Assembly: GCA_965223655.1 (NCBI GenBank) | Contig: CBDCXC010000013.1 | Coordinates: 3,688-27,687, forward strand | Reading direction: 5' to 3' | Length of the DNA: 24,000 bases | From: Phycisphaeraceae bacterium | GTDB lineage: Bacteria > Planctomycetota > Phycisphaerae > Phycisphaerales > Phycisphaeraceae | Part shown: in pieces, positions 15,670-24,000 of the stretch | Layout of the letters: each line of letters begins with the position of its first letter | How positions within the stretch are numbered: the stretch's first letter is position 1 | Translations under genes and position numbers: made by a program | The notes under the pieces: generated by a model | What the model saw: the letters and a program-made list of their open reading frames with translations, nothing else | Told to the model about the DNA's origin: nothing | The model's database searches: none

Positions 15670-16018
15670 CTCGGCACTGGCTGGCAATCAGCCAGCGGCA
15701 CCAGGCGCGCCGACTTGGTGTGCCAAGCGTTGGATCAAGCGATCGGCAAAAGAAAACCTGAGCGGGCTTGATCCACCATTCCGATCGCGGCGTGCAGTAC
15801 GCCAGCGGCGTGTACCAGCAGCGGCTAACGCAACACGGGATCACCTGCTCGATGAGCGGCAAGGGCAGCTGCTACGACAGCGTCCCCACAGCGGGCGTTA
15901 CTGTTACGGCAAGACGCCGCTGGAGACGCCAACGAGGCGCGGACGAACCACGATCAAAGCGGCGCCCTGGCCGCTGTCAGATCATTTACGTGTGTCAGGT
16001 GGAGTCGTGGCTACTACA
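15670..16018 (+). pseudogene. Decayed IS3-family transposase (OrfB/DDE rve core). It is 5'-truncated, frameshifted and internally deleted, with its right terminal repeat retained.
   Basis: Three frames are needed to read [21 protein letters not shown], then [37 protein letters not shown], then [15 protein letters not shown]. Only ~140 nt separate the CYD motif from the element end, against the several hundred expected. The element ends in ...GTGGCTACTACA at 16018, matching the MITE terminus. Confidence 0.75.
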
Positions 16019-16041
16019 CTATTTCATCTGGGAAATCCGGG

Positions 16042-17550
16042 TCAACCGTTGTCTTGCGTGATCTTCTGGATGATGTTGGTCGTGCTGCGGCCCTTGACCA
16101 GCTTGACCAGCCGCACCTGCCCGCCATACGACTCCACAAAATCACCCCCGACGACCTGGTCGCGGCTGTAGTCGGCCCCCTTAACCAGCACATCGGGCTG
16201 GATCGCTTTGAGCAGCCCCACCGGCGTGTCTTGGTCAAAGACCACGATGTAGTCCACGCTCTCGAGCTCGCTAAGCACCATCGACCGGTCGGCCTGGTGG
16301 TTGACCGGCCGGCCCTTGCCCTTGATGCGGCGGATCGAGCGGTCGCTATTGAGCCCGACCACCAGCAGGTCGCCTTGTTGCCGTGCTGCGCGCAGGAAGC
16401 TGATGTGGCCCGCGTGCAAGATATCGAAGCAGCCGTTGGTAAACGCGATGTGTTGGCCCTGCTTGCGGTAGGCCGCCAGCTCGGGCAATACCTGGTCGAG
16501 GCTGCGCACCTTGCCCAGCTCTTCGTGTCGCTGACGCAAGAGGCTCACCAGGATCTCCTCCAGCTCGATCGGCACCACGCCGAACCGCTCGACCTCCAGC
16601 CCCGCCGCGATGTTGGCCAGCTCGACCGCGGTGCGCCACGTGGCGCCGTTGGCGATCGACCCGGCGAGCATGGCTAATACCATATCACCCGCACCGGTCA
16701 CGTCGTACACCGCCCTGGCCTGAGTCGGGATCAAGCAAGGCCGCTTGCCTTTCTGTAACAGCAGCGCCCCCTGCTTGTCGAGTGTCATCACCACCGCCTG
16801 CATCTTCAGCTTGCGCATCAGCGATCGGGCCATGGCGTGTGCCGCCTGCCGCGGGCCGTCGCCGTTGCTGTCGGGGACGGCCACACCGGTGGCCAGCGCG
16901 GCTTCCGTGCGGTTGGGGGTGATACACGTCGCGCCCCGGTAGAGCGTGTAATCCGTAACCGCCGCGGGATCGACCAAGACCGGGATGCCCTGCTGCTTGG
17001 CCAAGCCGATCAGGCCCTGACACAGCGGCTCGGTAAGCACCCCCTTGTTGTAATCCTCAAGGCAAAGCGCCGCAGCGCCCTTGAGCAGCGGCTTGGCTTT
17101 GGCCAGCAGCCGATCAACAACGTTCCGTGGGACAGGGTCACGCACCTCATCGTCCACACGGAACATCTTCTGGGGGTGGCGGTGCTGGGCCAGGCCGATG
17201 AAATTGTGTTTTACCGTCGTGGGCCGATCCGGCAACGCGATCAGCCCGGCTGTGTGGCAGCCGGCCTCACGCAGCAGCGCCAACAGCCGTTGGCCGTGGC
17301 CGTCCCGCCCCACCACGCCCAGGCACGCTACCGGGCACCGCAGCGCCAACAAGTCGAGGCACACATTGGCCGCACCACCGGCGTTGTAATGGCTCCGCTT
17401 CGTGGTAAGCACCGGAACCGGCGCATCGGGGCTAAGCCGCTGGGCATCGCCGTAGATATAGTGGTCGAGCATAAAGTCACCCACCACCACGATCTTGTGG
17501 CTCTGCCAATGGTCTAAGAAGTCGATCAGCGGTTCGGGGCGGTGGGGCAT
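16042..17550 (-). CDS. hldE: Bifunctional D-beta-D-heptose 7-phosphate kinase / D-beta-D-heptose 1-phosphate adenylyltransferase
   Basis: The N-terminal half is a pfkB/ribokinase domain ([21 protein letters not shown]). The C-terminal half is a cytidylyltransferase domain ([24 protein letters not shown]). I prefer ATG 17550; TTG 17586 is possible. Confidence 0.9.
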   Translation of the reverse strand: MPHRPEPLIDFLDHWQSHKIVVVGDFMLDHYIYGDAQRLSPDAPVPVLTTKRSHYNAGGAANVCLDLLALRCPVACLGVVGRDGHGQRLLALLREAGCHTAGLIALPDRPTTVKHNFIGLAQHRHPQKMFRVDDEVRDPVPRNVVDRLLAKAKPLLKGAAALCLEDYNKGVLTEPLCQGLIGLAKQQGIPVLVDPAAVTDYTLYRGATCITPNRTEAALATGVAVPDSNGDGPRQAAHAMARSLMRKLKMQAVVMTLDKQGALLLQKGKRPCLIPTQARAVYDVTGAGDMVLAMLAGSIANGATWRTAVELANIAAGLEVERFGVVPIELEEILVSLLRQRHEELGKVRSLDQVLPELAAYRKQGQHIAFTNGCFDILHAGHISFLRAARQQGDLLVVGLNSDRSIRRIKGKGRPVNHQADRSMVLSELESVDYIVVFDQDTPVGLLKAIQPDVLVKGADYSRDQVVGGDFVESYGGQVRLVKLVKGRSTTNIIQKITQDNG

Positions 17551-17572
17551 AGGATACCAGCGTGGATCGTTA

Positions 17573-17592
17573 GGAATTGCAGCCAACCTTCA
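17573..17592. promoter_or_regulatory. Shared intergenic motif GGAATTGCAGCCAACCTTCA, copy 2
   Basis: See 5695-5713. This copy lies between the divergent hldE and rsmH starts. Confidence 0.3.
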
Positions 17593-17664
17593 CCATCAAG
17601 CAGGGCAGCATCCCATAAAAAAGCAGCCCTGTCACCTGCTTCAAGCCACCTTAACATAGTAGGT

Positions 17665-18633
17665 ATGGCTGACGATGAAACGTGGATCAATGCTGGCGAC
17701 AGAGATCAAAAGCAGCCCCACGAACCGGTGCTGCCCCAGCAAGTCTTGGGGGTGCTTCGCCCTGCAGCGGGCCAGGTCATGCTGGACTGCACCGCCGGGT
17801 TAGGGGGCCACGCCGCGTTGATCACCACCCTGCTGGCCCCGGGCGGCCGGTACATCGGGCTAGACGTCGACCCCCAGAACACCGCGCTGGCCAAAGACCG
17901 CCTCGCCACCGCACCGGTCCCGGTTGACCTGCTCACGGCCAACTTTGCCTCAGCTCGCAACGCGCTGGATCGTTTGGGGATCGATCGCGTGGACCTGTTG
18001 CTGGCCGACCTAGGCTTCGCTTCCAACCAGATGGCCGACCCAGCCAGAGGGTTGTCGTTCCGCCACAACGGGCCGCTGGACATGCGGCTTGACCCCACAC
18101 TTGGCCACACCGCCGCCGACCTGATCAACCAGCTACCCGAAAAAGAACTCGCCGATCTGATCTACCGCAACAGCCAAGAGCGGCTAAGCCGAAAAATCGC
18201 GCGAAAGATTATCGAATCGCGACGCCGATCACCGATCAATACCACAGCAGGCTTAGCGCAGGTGGTCCGTGAAGCTTACGGGCGTATCGGCCACAGCAGG
18301 CACGGGCCCAAAGCCAAAACGATCGACCCCGCGACGCGGACATTCATGGCGCTACGCATCGCGGTCAACGCCGAACTGTTGGCCCTAGAACAGCTGCTGG
18401 CAAGCATGCCGAACCTGCTCAACCCGGGGGCCGTGGCCGCGGTCATCAGCTTCCACAGCCTTGAAGACCGGCTGGTGAAACAGGCCTGGGCGCGGCTGTG
18501 CACAGCCGGCCACGCCCAACCGGTGACGGCCAAGCCGATCGTGGCCGATGAACAAGAACGCAAACACAACCCAAGCAGCCGATCCGCGAAATTGCGGGCC
18601 ATCCGGTGGGTTGGACAACACAAAAGCCAATGA
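17665..18633 (+). CDS. rsmH: 16S rRNA (cytosine1402-N4)-methyltransferase
   Basis: HEPVLPQQVL, DCTAGLGGHA, DLGFASNQMADPARGLSF, GPLDMRLD and ISFHSLEDRLVK match RsmH. ATG 17665 has AGG immediately upstream. Confidence 0.92.
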   Translation: MADDETWINAGDRDQKQPHEPVLPQQVLGVLRPAAGQVMLDCTAGLGGHAALITTLLAPGGRYIGLDVDPQNTALAKDRLATAPVPVDLLTANFASARNALDRLGIDRVDLLLADLGFASNQMADPARGLSFRHNGPLDMRLDPTLGHTAADLINQLPEKELADLIYRNSQERLSRKIARKIIESRRRSPINTTAGLAQVVREAYGRIGHSRHGPKAKTIDPATRTFMALRIAVNAELLALEQLLASMPNLLNPGAVAAVISFHSLEDRLVKQAWARLCTAGHAQPVTAKPIVADEQERKHNPSSRSAKLRAIRWVGQHKSQ

Positions 18634-18699
18634 GACGCTACAATCTTTGTTCGCCGTTAGGACGACGGCGCCACTGAACCCTTCAAGGACGAACGGGTC

Positions 18700-19881
18700 A
18701 TGACACGCGAAACCAAAGTTGGCCTGCTGGTGGGCATGGGGATCATCCTGCTGATCGGGATCCTTGTCAGCGACCACCTTTCCGTTGCACGCCACCAGGC
18801 CGCGGCAGACCTCACCCACTTCGCCCAGCAAGCCCAGCAGAGCGTGAACACTAGCAGCCGATGGGGCAACCCAACCCCAACGCCCAACACCGCATCCAGA
18901 CCACCCGCAAGCGACCTCCAACGCCAATCAGCACCCCGACCCGCTCCGGTATCGACCACCCGCACCCATCCGGTGCTCACACCCGCAGAGATCTCAGCAC
19001 CCCAACCCAACCGACCTTGGCCAACCCAAACACCGGCCCACCCACCCCACCCCCAGCCCGTAACGCCACCAACTAATCGCGTGGCTCAGGCCCACCGTCC
19101 CGCAGCAATGCCAAGCCTCAGCCAAACCCAAATCAATCGTCCCAACGAGACAACCCAGATACCCGCTACGCCGACGCCAACGCTTATCAGCCGATCAACC
19201 CTGATCCCCTCACCGCCCACACCACCCCGGAAAACAACCGCAACCCACGTACCCAAACCGGTGATCCACTACGTCGGGGAAGGCGAATCGCTGTGGCAGA
19301 TCGCCCAGCGTTACTACGGCAATGGGGATTATTGGCAGACCATCGCCCAAGCCAACCCTAAAGCCGTAATGCCCGATGGGAATGTGCGGCTAGGTGTACG
19401 CTTGGTGATCCCCAACCAAGCGGGCCTGGCCAACACCACCCCAACACGCAACCCCAGCCCTCCCCCGGCGGCATCGGGGCGCCGGGGCCTCCCAACACCG
19501 GACCGCATCGAGGTCAAGCCCGGGGATAGCTTAAGCGCCCTGGCCGCCCGCCACCTAGGATCGAGCGATCAATGGCGACAGCTGTACGAAGCCAACCGAG
19601 ACCAGCTCAAACAACCCGACCAGATCCGGGTGGGCATGAAACTACGATTACCCAAGGCATCGAGCAGGCAGGCAGTTCGCACAACGACCGAACAACCCCG
19701 GGCGAGGCGTGATCCCAAATCGACCTATACCGTGCGCGCCAACGATTCGCTGTCGTCGATCGCCCACCGCGTGCTGGGCGACCCCAACCGCTGGGAAGAG
19801 ATCTACCAAGCCAACACCCACCAGCTCGATGACCCCAACGATCTGCGTGTCGGCCAGCGCCTCAAGATCCCCCGCCGTTGA
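18700..19881 (+). CDS. Membrane-anchored protein with a long Pro-rich spacer and three C-terminal LysM peptidoglycan-binding domains
   Basis: The N-terminal TM helix is VGLLVGMGIILLIGILV. The three LysM units are YVGEGESLWQIAQRYYG...LVIP, EVKPGDSLSALAARHLG...LRLP and YTVRANDSLSSIAHRVLG...LKIP. Confidence 0.8.
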   Translation: MTRETKVGLLVGMGIILLIGILVSDHLSVARHQAAADLTHFAQQAQQSVNTSSRWGNPTPTPNTASRPPASDLQRQSAPRPAPVSTTRTHPVLTPAEISAPQPNRPWPTQTPAHPPHPQPVTPPTNRVAQAHRPAAMPSLSQTQINRPNETTQIPATPTPTLISRSTLIPSPPTPPRKTTATHVPKPVIHYVGEGESLWQIAQRYYGNGDYWQTIAQANPKAVMPDGNVRLGVRLVIPNQAGLANTTPTRNPSPPPAASGRRGLPTPDRIEVKPGDSLSALAARHLGSSDQWRQLYEANRDQLKQPDQIRVGMKLRLPKASSRQAVRTTTEQPRARRDPKSTYTVRANDSLSSIAHRVLGDPNRWEEIYQANTHQLDDPNDLRVGQRLKIPRR

Positions 19882-19884
19882 CCG

Positions 19885-20211
19885 ATGCATCAACCCCGAG
19901 GCTCAACCCTGTTCGTGATGGTGGCCACGCTGATCCTGTCCGCCACAGCGTTAGCGTCGGCCCTGTTCGTGTTGCGCCAGCAGCGGCTGGAGCTGATGCA
20001 CCAGGTGGCGAAGCTGCACACCCAGATCCGCCACACACGACAAGACCTATGGGAACGACAGGTCCGCATCGCGGCCCACGCCAAGCTGCCCCAGCTCCAG
20101 CAATCGATCAAACAAGCCCAGCTCGAGCTTGAATCGTGGGTCCCGGTTGACGCCGATCAACAGCCGTTCTTGCTGGTCGCCGGGGAGGTCCCTCATGATG
20201 AACAACCATAG
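19885..20211 (+). CDS. ftsL: FtsL-like cell-division protein (single TM helix plus coiled coil)
   Basis: It sits between rsmH and ftsI, and its ATG is 4 nt after the LysM gene stop. The TM helix LFVMVATLILSATALASALFVL is followed by a heptad-like segment. The assignment rests on architecture and synteny, not on motifs. Confidence 0.5.
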   Translation: MHQPRGSTLFVMVATLILSATALASALFVLRQQRLELMHQVAKLHTQIRHTRQDLWERQVRIAAHAKLPQLQQSIKQAQLELESWVPVDADQQPFLLVAGEVPHDEQP

Positions 20212-22024
20212 CCAACCCCTGCCCAGAAAAAGGTGGCCAAAAAAACAACCCAAGCCGCTTTTCACAGGGCCAACCCAGCAGCTGGGAGCCGACCGGGCGC
20301 TGCGAGTCGCTCAGCTCACCCTCGGGTTGATCGGCGTAGGCTTGATTGGGATGGCCGCCCGGGTCGTCCAGCTCCAGACCCACCCCCCTGCCGCGATCCG
20401 CAAGCAGGTCGATTCCCAACACAGCAAAGCCACGCTCACCGCGCGACGCGGGTGCCTGCTAGACCGGCACGGGCGTGTGTTGGCCGCGTCTGAATTGGCC
20501 TACCGGCTGTTCGTCGACCCCAAGCTCATCGAGCAACCCAACACCTTCTCCGAACAGGTGGGCTACCAGCTGGGTTATGACCCGGCTTGGATTGAGCGCA
20601 AGATCAGCGACAAGTGGGACCGCCGATACGTGGTCATCGACCCAAAGCTTAACGATCAGCGGTTGGCGGCTTTCGAGCAATTAAACCTACCCGGCTTGGC
20701 CCGCGAGCCGGTGCTGGTCCGCGCCTACCCCCACGGACCGCTGGCCGGCCAGGTGATCGGATTTGTGGGCACCGACGGCGTGGGGCTCGAAGGGTTAGAG
20801 CGCAGCATCGAGCCGGCGCTGGCCAGCCACAACGGCCGGCTGCGCTACCTGCGCGACGCCCGCCGCCGCACGCTGTGGATCGACCCCACGGGGTATCGCC
20901 CCCCCCACGACGGGCAGGCGGTCCGCCTGAGCCTAGACACCACGATCCAAACCATCGCCGAAACCCAGCTACGCCAAACCTGCCAAGCGTTCAACGCCCA
21001 GTCGGGTCAGCTGATCGTGATGGCGCCACACACCGGCCAGATCCTGGCCATGGCCAACCACCCGCGGTTTGACCCCAGCCGATTCACAAAGTCCAAGCCC
21101 GAAGACCGCCGCAACCGCTGCGTGACCGATGTGTTTGAGCCCGGCTCCACGTTCAAGCCGTTCATCTGGGCCGCCGCCACACAGATGGGGTTGGCCAAAC
21201 CCGACCAGGTCTTCGACTGCACCCAAGCGGGCGTGTTTGTGACCAAGAAGGGCCGGCCGCTGCGCGACGTGCGCGGCCACGGGCGCATCACCTGGGACCA
21301 GGTGCTGATCAAGTCCAGCAACATCGGGATGGCCACCGTCGGCCAAGACATGCCCCCCCAACAGATGCACGCGATCGTCCGGGCGTTTGGGTTTGGCCGG
21401 GTAACGGGCAGCGGCTTGCCGGGCGAGGTGGCGGGCATGGTGACACCCCTGAAAAAATGGAACCACTACACCCTGACCAGCGTCCCCATGGGCCAGGAGA
21501 TCGCGGTCACCGCGTTGCAGCTAACCGCGGGGTTTGGGGCGATCGCCAACGGCGGGTATTGGGTCGCGCCGACCATCTTGGCCACGCCCGGTACACACCA
21601 CGGACAGGACACATCGATCATCTACGAACGCGTCTTAGAACCCGCGGTGGCGGCACACACACGCCAGGTCTTACGCCGCGTGGTCACGCAAGGCACCGGA
21701 CGCCGCGCCAATAGCCGGCTCTACACGGTCTTCGGCAAGACCGGCACCGCGCAGATCGCAGACCGCATCAACGGGGGGTACCTGGAAGACCAGTACATCG
21801 CCTCGTTCTTGGGCGCCGCGCCGCTTGATGCCCCGCGGCTGGTTGTGGCGTGCATCATCCACCGGCCCGATCAATCCGTGGGGTACCACGGCGGCACGGT
21901 CGCGGCGCCCGCGGCCCGACGGGTCATCGAGCAATCCCTGATCTACATGGGTATACACCCCGACACACCGAATCAGCCGACTCGCACCTACGCATACGCT
22001 CCACCTCAACCCGTGCCGTATTGA
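20195..22024 (+). CDS. ftsI: Class B penicillin-binding protein / peptidoglycan D,D-transpeptidase (FtsI/PBP3-like)
   Basis: The N-terminal TM anchor is followed by the catalytic triad of motifs STFK (GSTFKPF), SSN (KSSNIG) and KTGT (GKTGTAQ). ATG 20195 is preceded by GGGGAGG and overlaps the ftsL-like end by 17 nt. Confidence 0.9.
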   Translation: MMNNHSQPLPRKRWPKKQPKPLFTGPTQQLGADRALRVAQLTLGLIGVGLIGMAARVVQLQTHPPAAIRKQVDSQHSKATLTARRGCLLDRHGRVLAASELAYRLFVDPKLIEQPNTFSEQVGYQLGYDPAWIERKISDKWDRRYVVIDPKLNDQRLAAFEQLNLPGLAREPVLVRAYPHGPLAGQVIGFVGTDGVGLEGLERSIEPALASHNGRLRYLRDARRRTLWIDPTGYRPPHDGQAVRLSLDTTIQTIAETQLRQTCQAFNAQSGQLIVMAPHTGQILAMANHPRFDPSRFTKSKPEDRRNRCVTDVFEPGSTFKPFIWAAATQMGLAKPDQVFDCTQAGVFVTKKGRPLRDVRGHGRITWDQVLIKSSNIGMATVGQDMPPQQMHAIVRAFGFGRVTGSGLPGEVAGMVTPLKKWNHYTLTSVPMGQEIAVTALQLTAGFGAIANGGYWVAPTILATPGTHHGQDTSIIYERVLEPAVAAHTRQVLRRVVTQGTGRRANSRLYTVFGKTGTAQIADRINGGYLEDQYIASFLGAAPLDAPRLVVACIIHRPDQSVGYHGGTVAAPAARRVIEQSLIYMGIHPDTPNQPTRTYAYAPPQPVPY

Positions 22025-22033
22025 TGGCGTGCA

Positions 22034-22228
22034 TCATCCAAGCTCGGCTTGCTTGGCGGCACGGTAGCCGGCTTTGTAGCCGCGGCGGTAGGCCTGGTTG
22101 AGCAGCGTGGCGTAGTGCTGGGCGTTGTCCGCGTCGTGGCAGCTGCACACGGTCTGGCCGGTCGCATCCAACACCCGATAAGACCCGCTGTCGTGGGGCG
22201 TCACCCGGTAGGGCTGATTTTGATCCAT
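22034..22228 (-). CDS. Small hypothetical protein (64 aa)
   Basis: It has an ATG start and strong third-position GC bias, and it fills the gap between ftsI and the divergent coiled-coil gene exactly. No family is recognised. Confidence 0.45.
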   Translation of the reverse strand: MDQNQPYRVTPHDSGSYRVLDATGQTVCSCHDADNAQHYATLLNQAYRRGYKAGYRAAKQAELG

Positions 22229-22332
22229 GGCCTGGCATCCCGGTGTGGTTATGGTGGATCCGATACATATTCTATGGGTTTGGGTTCAGGTGGCCGGCCT
22301 ACCGGTCCGATACGAGGATGGAGGAACATCAT

Positions 22333-23259
22333 ATGGAGGCTACCCCCCCACCCGCCATGCCCAGCCACGACCACGATCCATTGCATCCGCCCCAAGGGCC
22401 GATGGACCCGCCACCCCAGTCTCAGGAGCACCTGCAGTCGCTGGACCTGATCCACGACCTCCAGCAGCGGCTCAACCAGCTGCGGTCATGGGAGCAGGGC
22501 CACGGCCAGCTGGTACACCAGATCCACCAGCAGATCGAGTTCATCGCCCAGCAAGAAGCCGCCATCCGGGACCGTTCCAGCGGGCTCGACAAGCTGATCG
22601 CAGAGCTCGAGCAGCGCGAGGCCCAGATCGAGTCGAAGTACCAGGCCGTCGTCGAGCACCAGCAGCGGTTCGACCAGCAGCAACGCGAGCTGGATCAGCG
22701 CCAGCTGGAGATCGATCAGCAGCGTGAAGCGATCGACACGCTGCGGCAGCAGATCGATCAGGACCGCGAATCGCTTAGCATAGAGCAGCAGCGGCACACC
22801 CAAGCGCTCAAGGACCTTGATAATGAACGCCGGGCATCGGCCCAACGGCAGATGCAAATCAAGGAAGACCTTGAGCGTATCGACAAACAGCAGCGTGAGT
22901 TGGCCGGGCTGCCCAAGCAGCGTGAAGAGCTCCAAGCGGTGCGGCGATACCTCAAGACCAGCGAGGAGAAGATGGTCAACCGGTGGTCAACCGGCGGCGT
23001 GGCGGAGGTGGTGACGCGGTTTGTCTTGGCTGTCGGGGCGGTCGTGGGGCTTAGCTTGGCCGTGGGCCACTTCCTCTTGCCGTACTACCAGCCACACGCA
23101 TTGACGATGATCCCCGATCCCAAGTTGGAGCTGATGGCGATGACGTTCGGCGGGTTGACCCTGATCACCTTAGCGGTGGGCTTTTCGGCCCGCGGCCAGC
23201 TGCTACGGCACCCGCGTGTCATGGACGAACCCAATCCAGTGGAAACGGATCAAGAATAG
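22333..23259 (+). CDS. Membrane-anchored long coiled-coil protein: Pro-rich N-terminus, Q/E/R-rich coiled coil, two C-terminal TM helices
   Basis: ATG 22333 has GGAGGA 7 nt upstream. About 170 aa show heptad-like character (QQEAAIRDR...QRELDQRQLEIDQQREAIDTLRQQIDQDRESL...). The TM helices are VVTRFVLAVGAVVGLSLAVGHFLL and LMAMTFGGLTLITLAVGF. Confidence 0.7.
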   Translation: MEATPPPAMPSHDHDPLHPPQGPMDPPPQSQEHLQSLDLIHDLQQRLNQLRSWEQGHGQLVHQIHQQIEFIAQQEAAIRDRSSGLDKLIAELEQREAQIESKYQAVVEHQQRFDQQQRELDQRQLEIDQQREAIDTLRQQIDQDRESLSIEQQRHTQALKDLDNERRASAQRQMQIKEDLERIDKQQRELAGLPKQREELQAVRRYLKTSEEKMVNRWSTGGVAEVVTRFVLAVGAVVGLSLAVGHFLLPYYQPHALTMIPDPKLELMAMTFGGLTLITLAVGFSARGQLLRHPRVMDEPNPVETDQE

Positions 23260-23295
23260 GGTCCAACTCCATCGTGCGGCTTGGGGTATGCCAGC

Positions 23296-24000
23296 CTACC
23301 GGTAATCCGTGATATAATCTCTTGTTAAAGCCTTCAATTGCTGCTCTTGTAGCATGTCGTTGTCGGCCATCTGAGCGGCGAAATCGGCGAACTTGGATTC
23401 AAGCTTGAGGAACGCCTCGACCACCACGGGGTCGAACTGCGAGCCGGCTAGCGATCGGATGATCGAGACGGCCTTCTCATGGGGGAACGGGTCTTTGTAG
23501 GGCCGGGCAGAGGTCAGCGCGTCGTACACATCGGCCAGCGCCGCGATCCGGGCGGCCAGCGGCAGGTCTTCGCCCCGGATCCCGCGGGGGTACCCGGTGC
23601 CGTCATACCACTCGTGGTGGCCCTCGACGATCGCCAGCGCCATCTCTAAGAACCCCACCTGCTGGATCGGGGTGAGCACCGAGCGGATGGTGCGGGCGCC
23701 CATCTCAACGTGTGTGCGCATGATGGCCATCTCCTGGTCGTTTAGCCGCCCGGGCTTGAACAGGATCCGGTCGGGGATGGCGACCTTGCCGATGTCGTGC
23801 AGGGGCATGGCGCGTTCGAGATCCATCAAGAATACCGGGTCGATCTGGCCGTGGAACTGCTCTTGGGCACCAAGGTGCTTGGCGAGCATCAGCGCAAACT
23901 GGGTGACGCGGTCCAGGTGCCTGCCGGTTTCGTTGTCGCGGTGCTCGGCGAGCTTGGCCAACGCGGTGACGATCGCGTTGTAGGCCTGGTCGCGGGCCCT
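23296..24000 (-). CDS. HD-GYP domain protein (putative c-di-GMP phosphodiesterase). 5'-partial: the ORF is open to the right window edge.
   Basis: The motifs are ETGRHLDRV, HDIGKVAIPDRILFKPGRL and HHEWYDGTGYPRG. The M listed at 23961 is an internal TTG. The frame stays open to nt 24000 (..RARDQAYNAIVTALAKLAEHRD..). Confidence 0.85.
   Translation of the reverse strand, partial: RARDQAYNAIVTALAKLAEHRDNETGRHLDRVTQFALMLAKHLGAQEQFHGQIDPVFLMDLERAMPLHDIGKVAIPDRILFKPGRLNDQEMAIMRTHVEMGARTIRSVLTPIQQVGFLEMALAIVEGHHEWYDGTGYPRGIRGEDLPLAARIAALADVYDALTSARPYKDPFPHEKAVSIIRSLAGSQFDPVVVEAFLKLESKFADFAAQMADNDMLQEQQLKALTRDYITDYR

Noticed and set aside
15181-15687. ORFs of 150-160 aa on both strands inside the trpS-hldE gap
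   Set aside because: Their composition and sequence are not protein-like. They run straight through palindromic hairpins and have no RBS. I treat the region as non-coding.
16019-16050. Possible continuation of the transposase past 16018 (..[12 protein letters not shown] resembles the H-x-LG motif of IS3 C-termini)
   Set aside because: The IS terminal repeat ends at 16018, and a better RPHS..GKTPLE C-terminal motif lies upstream in another frame. The resemblance is therefore coincidental, and this stretch is flanking DNA or the hldE 3' end.
16054-17517. ORFs antisense to hldE (16054-16677, 16837-17517)
   Set aside because: hldE carries unambiguous kinase and adenylyltransferase motifs on the opposite strand. 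The antisense products look non-proteinaceous.
1-24000. tRNA genes
   Set aside because: A by-eye scan on both strands found no T-arm-like GGTTCGAATCC/GTTCRA sequences in a cloverleaf context. The GTTCGA occurrences I spotted lie inside coding regions.

Overview
GC-rich chromosomal segment with about 22 credible protein genes, no rRNA, tRNA or CRISPR array, and four unusually repeat-rich intergenic regions. Gene content suggests, by inference only, a Planctomycetota (Phycisphaerae-like) genome: a PEP-CTERM protein, methanofuran/H4MPT C1 genes, a reduced dcw cluster, and many P/T/Q-rich protein tails. From left to right the window holds:
- The 3' part of a type VI secretion-like sheath gene that reads as an in-frame TssB-TssC fusion, plus a tightly coupled membrane-anchored ORF.
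- nth and a glutamate dehydrogenase.
- A PEP-CTERM secreted protein.
- A methanofuran/H4MPT block: an mfnB-like gene convergent with fhcD, an mfnF-like gene and an mfnE-like gene.
- A HEAT-repeat lipoprotein, an NTF2/SnoaL-like protein and a GT87/DUF2029-like membrane glycosyltransferase.
- rplS, trmB and trpS.
- A 1-kb non-coding gap holding a decayed IS3-family transposase.
- hldE, then a reduced division cluster (rsmH, LysM protein, ftsL-like, ftsI).
- A small ORF, a membrane-anchored coiled-coil protein and a partial HD-GYP phosphodiesterase.

The most notable things read directly from the sequence:
- The fused, C-terminally short sheath gene at the left edge.
- A 236-bp MITE with 14/16 terminal inverted repeats and a flanking 7-bp direct repeat. 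Its terminus matches the end of the IS3 remnant 5 kb away.
- The roughly 110-nt conserved promoter-like element that this MITE interrupts. A second, intact copy lies upstream of nth.
- A 26-nt REP-like palindrome present twice.

Nothing here can be called a complete novel system from this window alone. The sheath locus continues off the left edge and is the best candidate to follow up.
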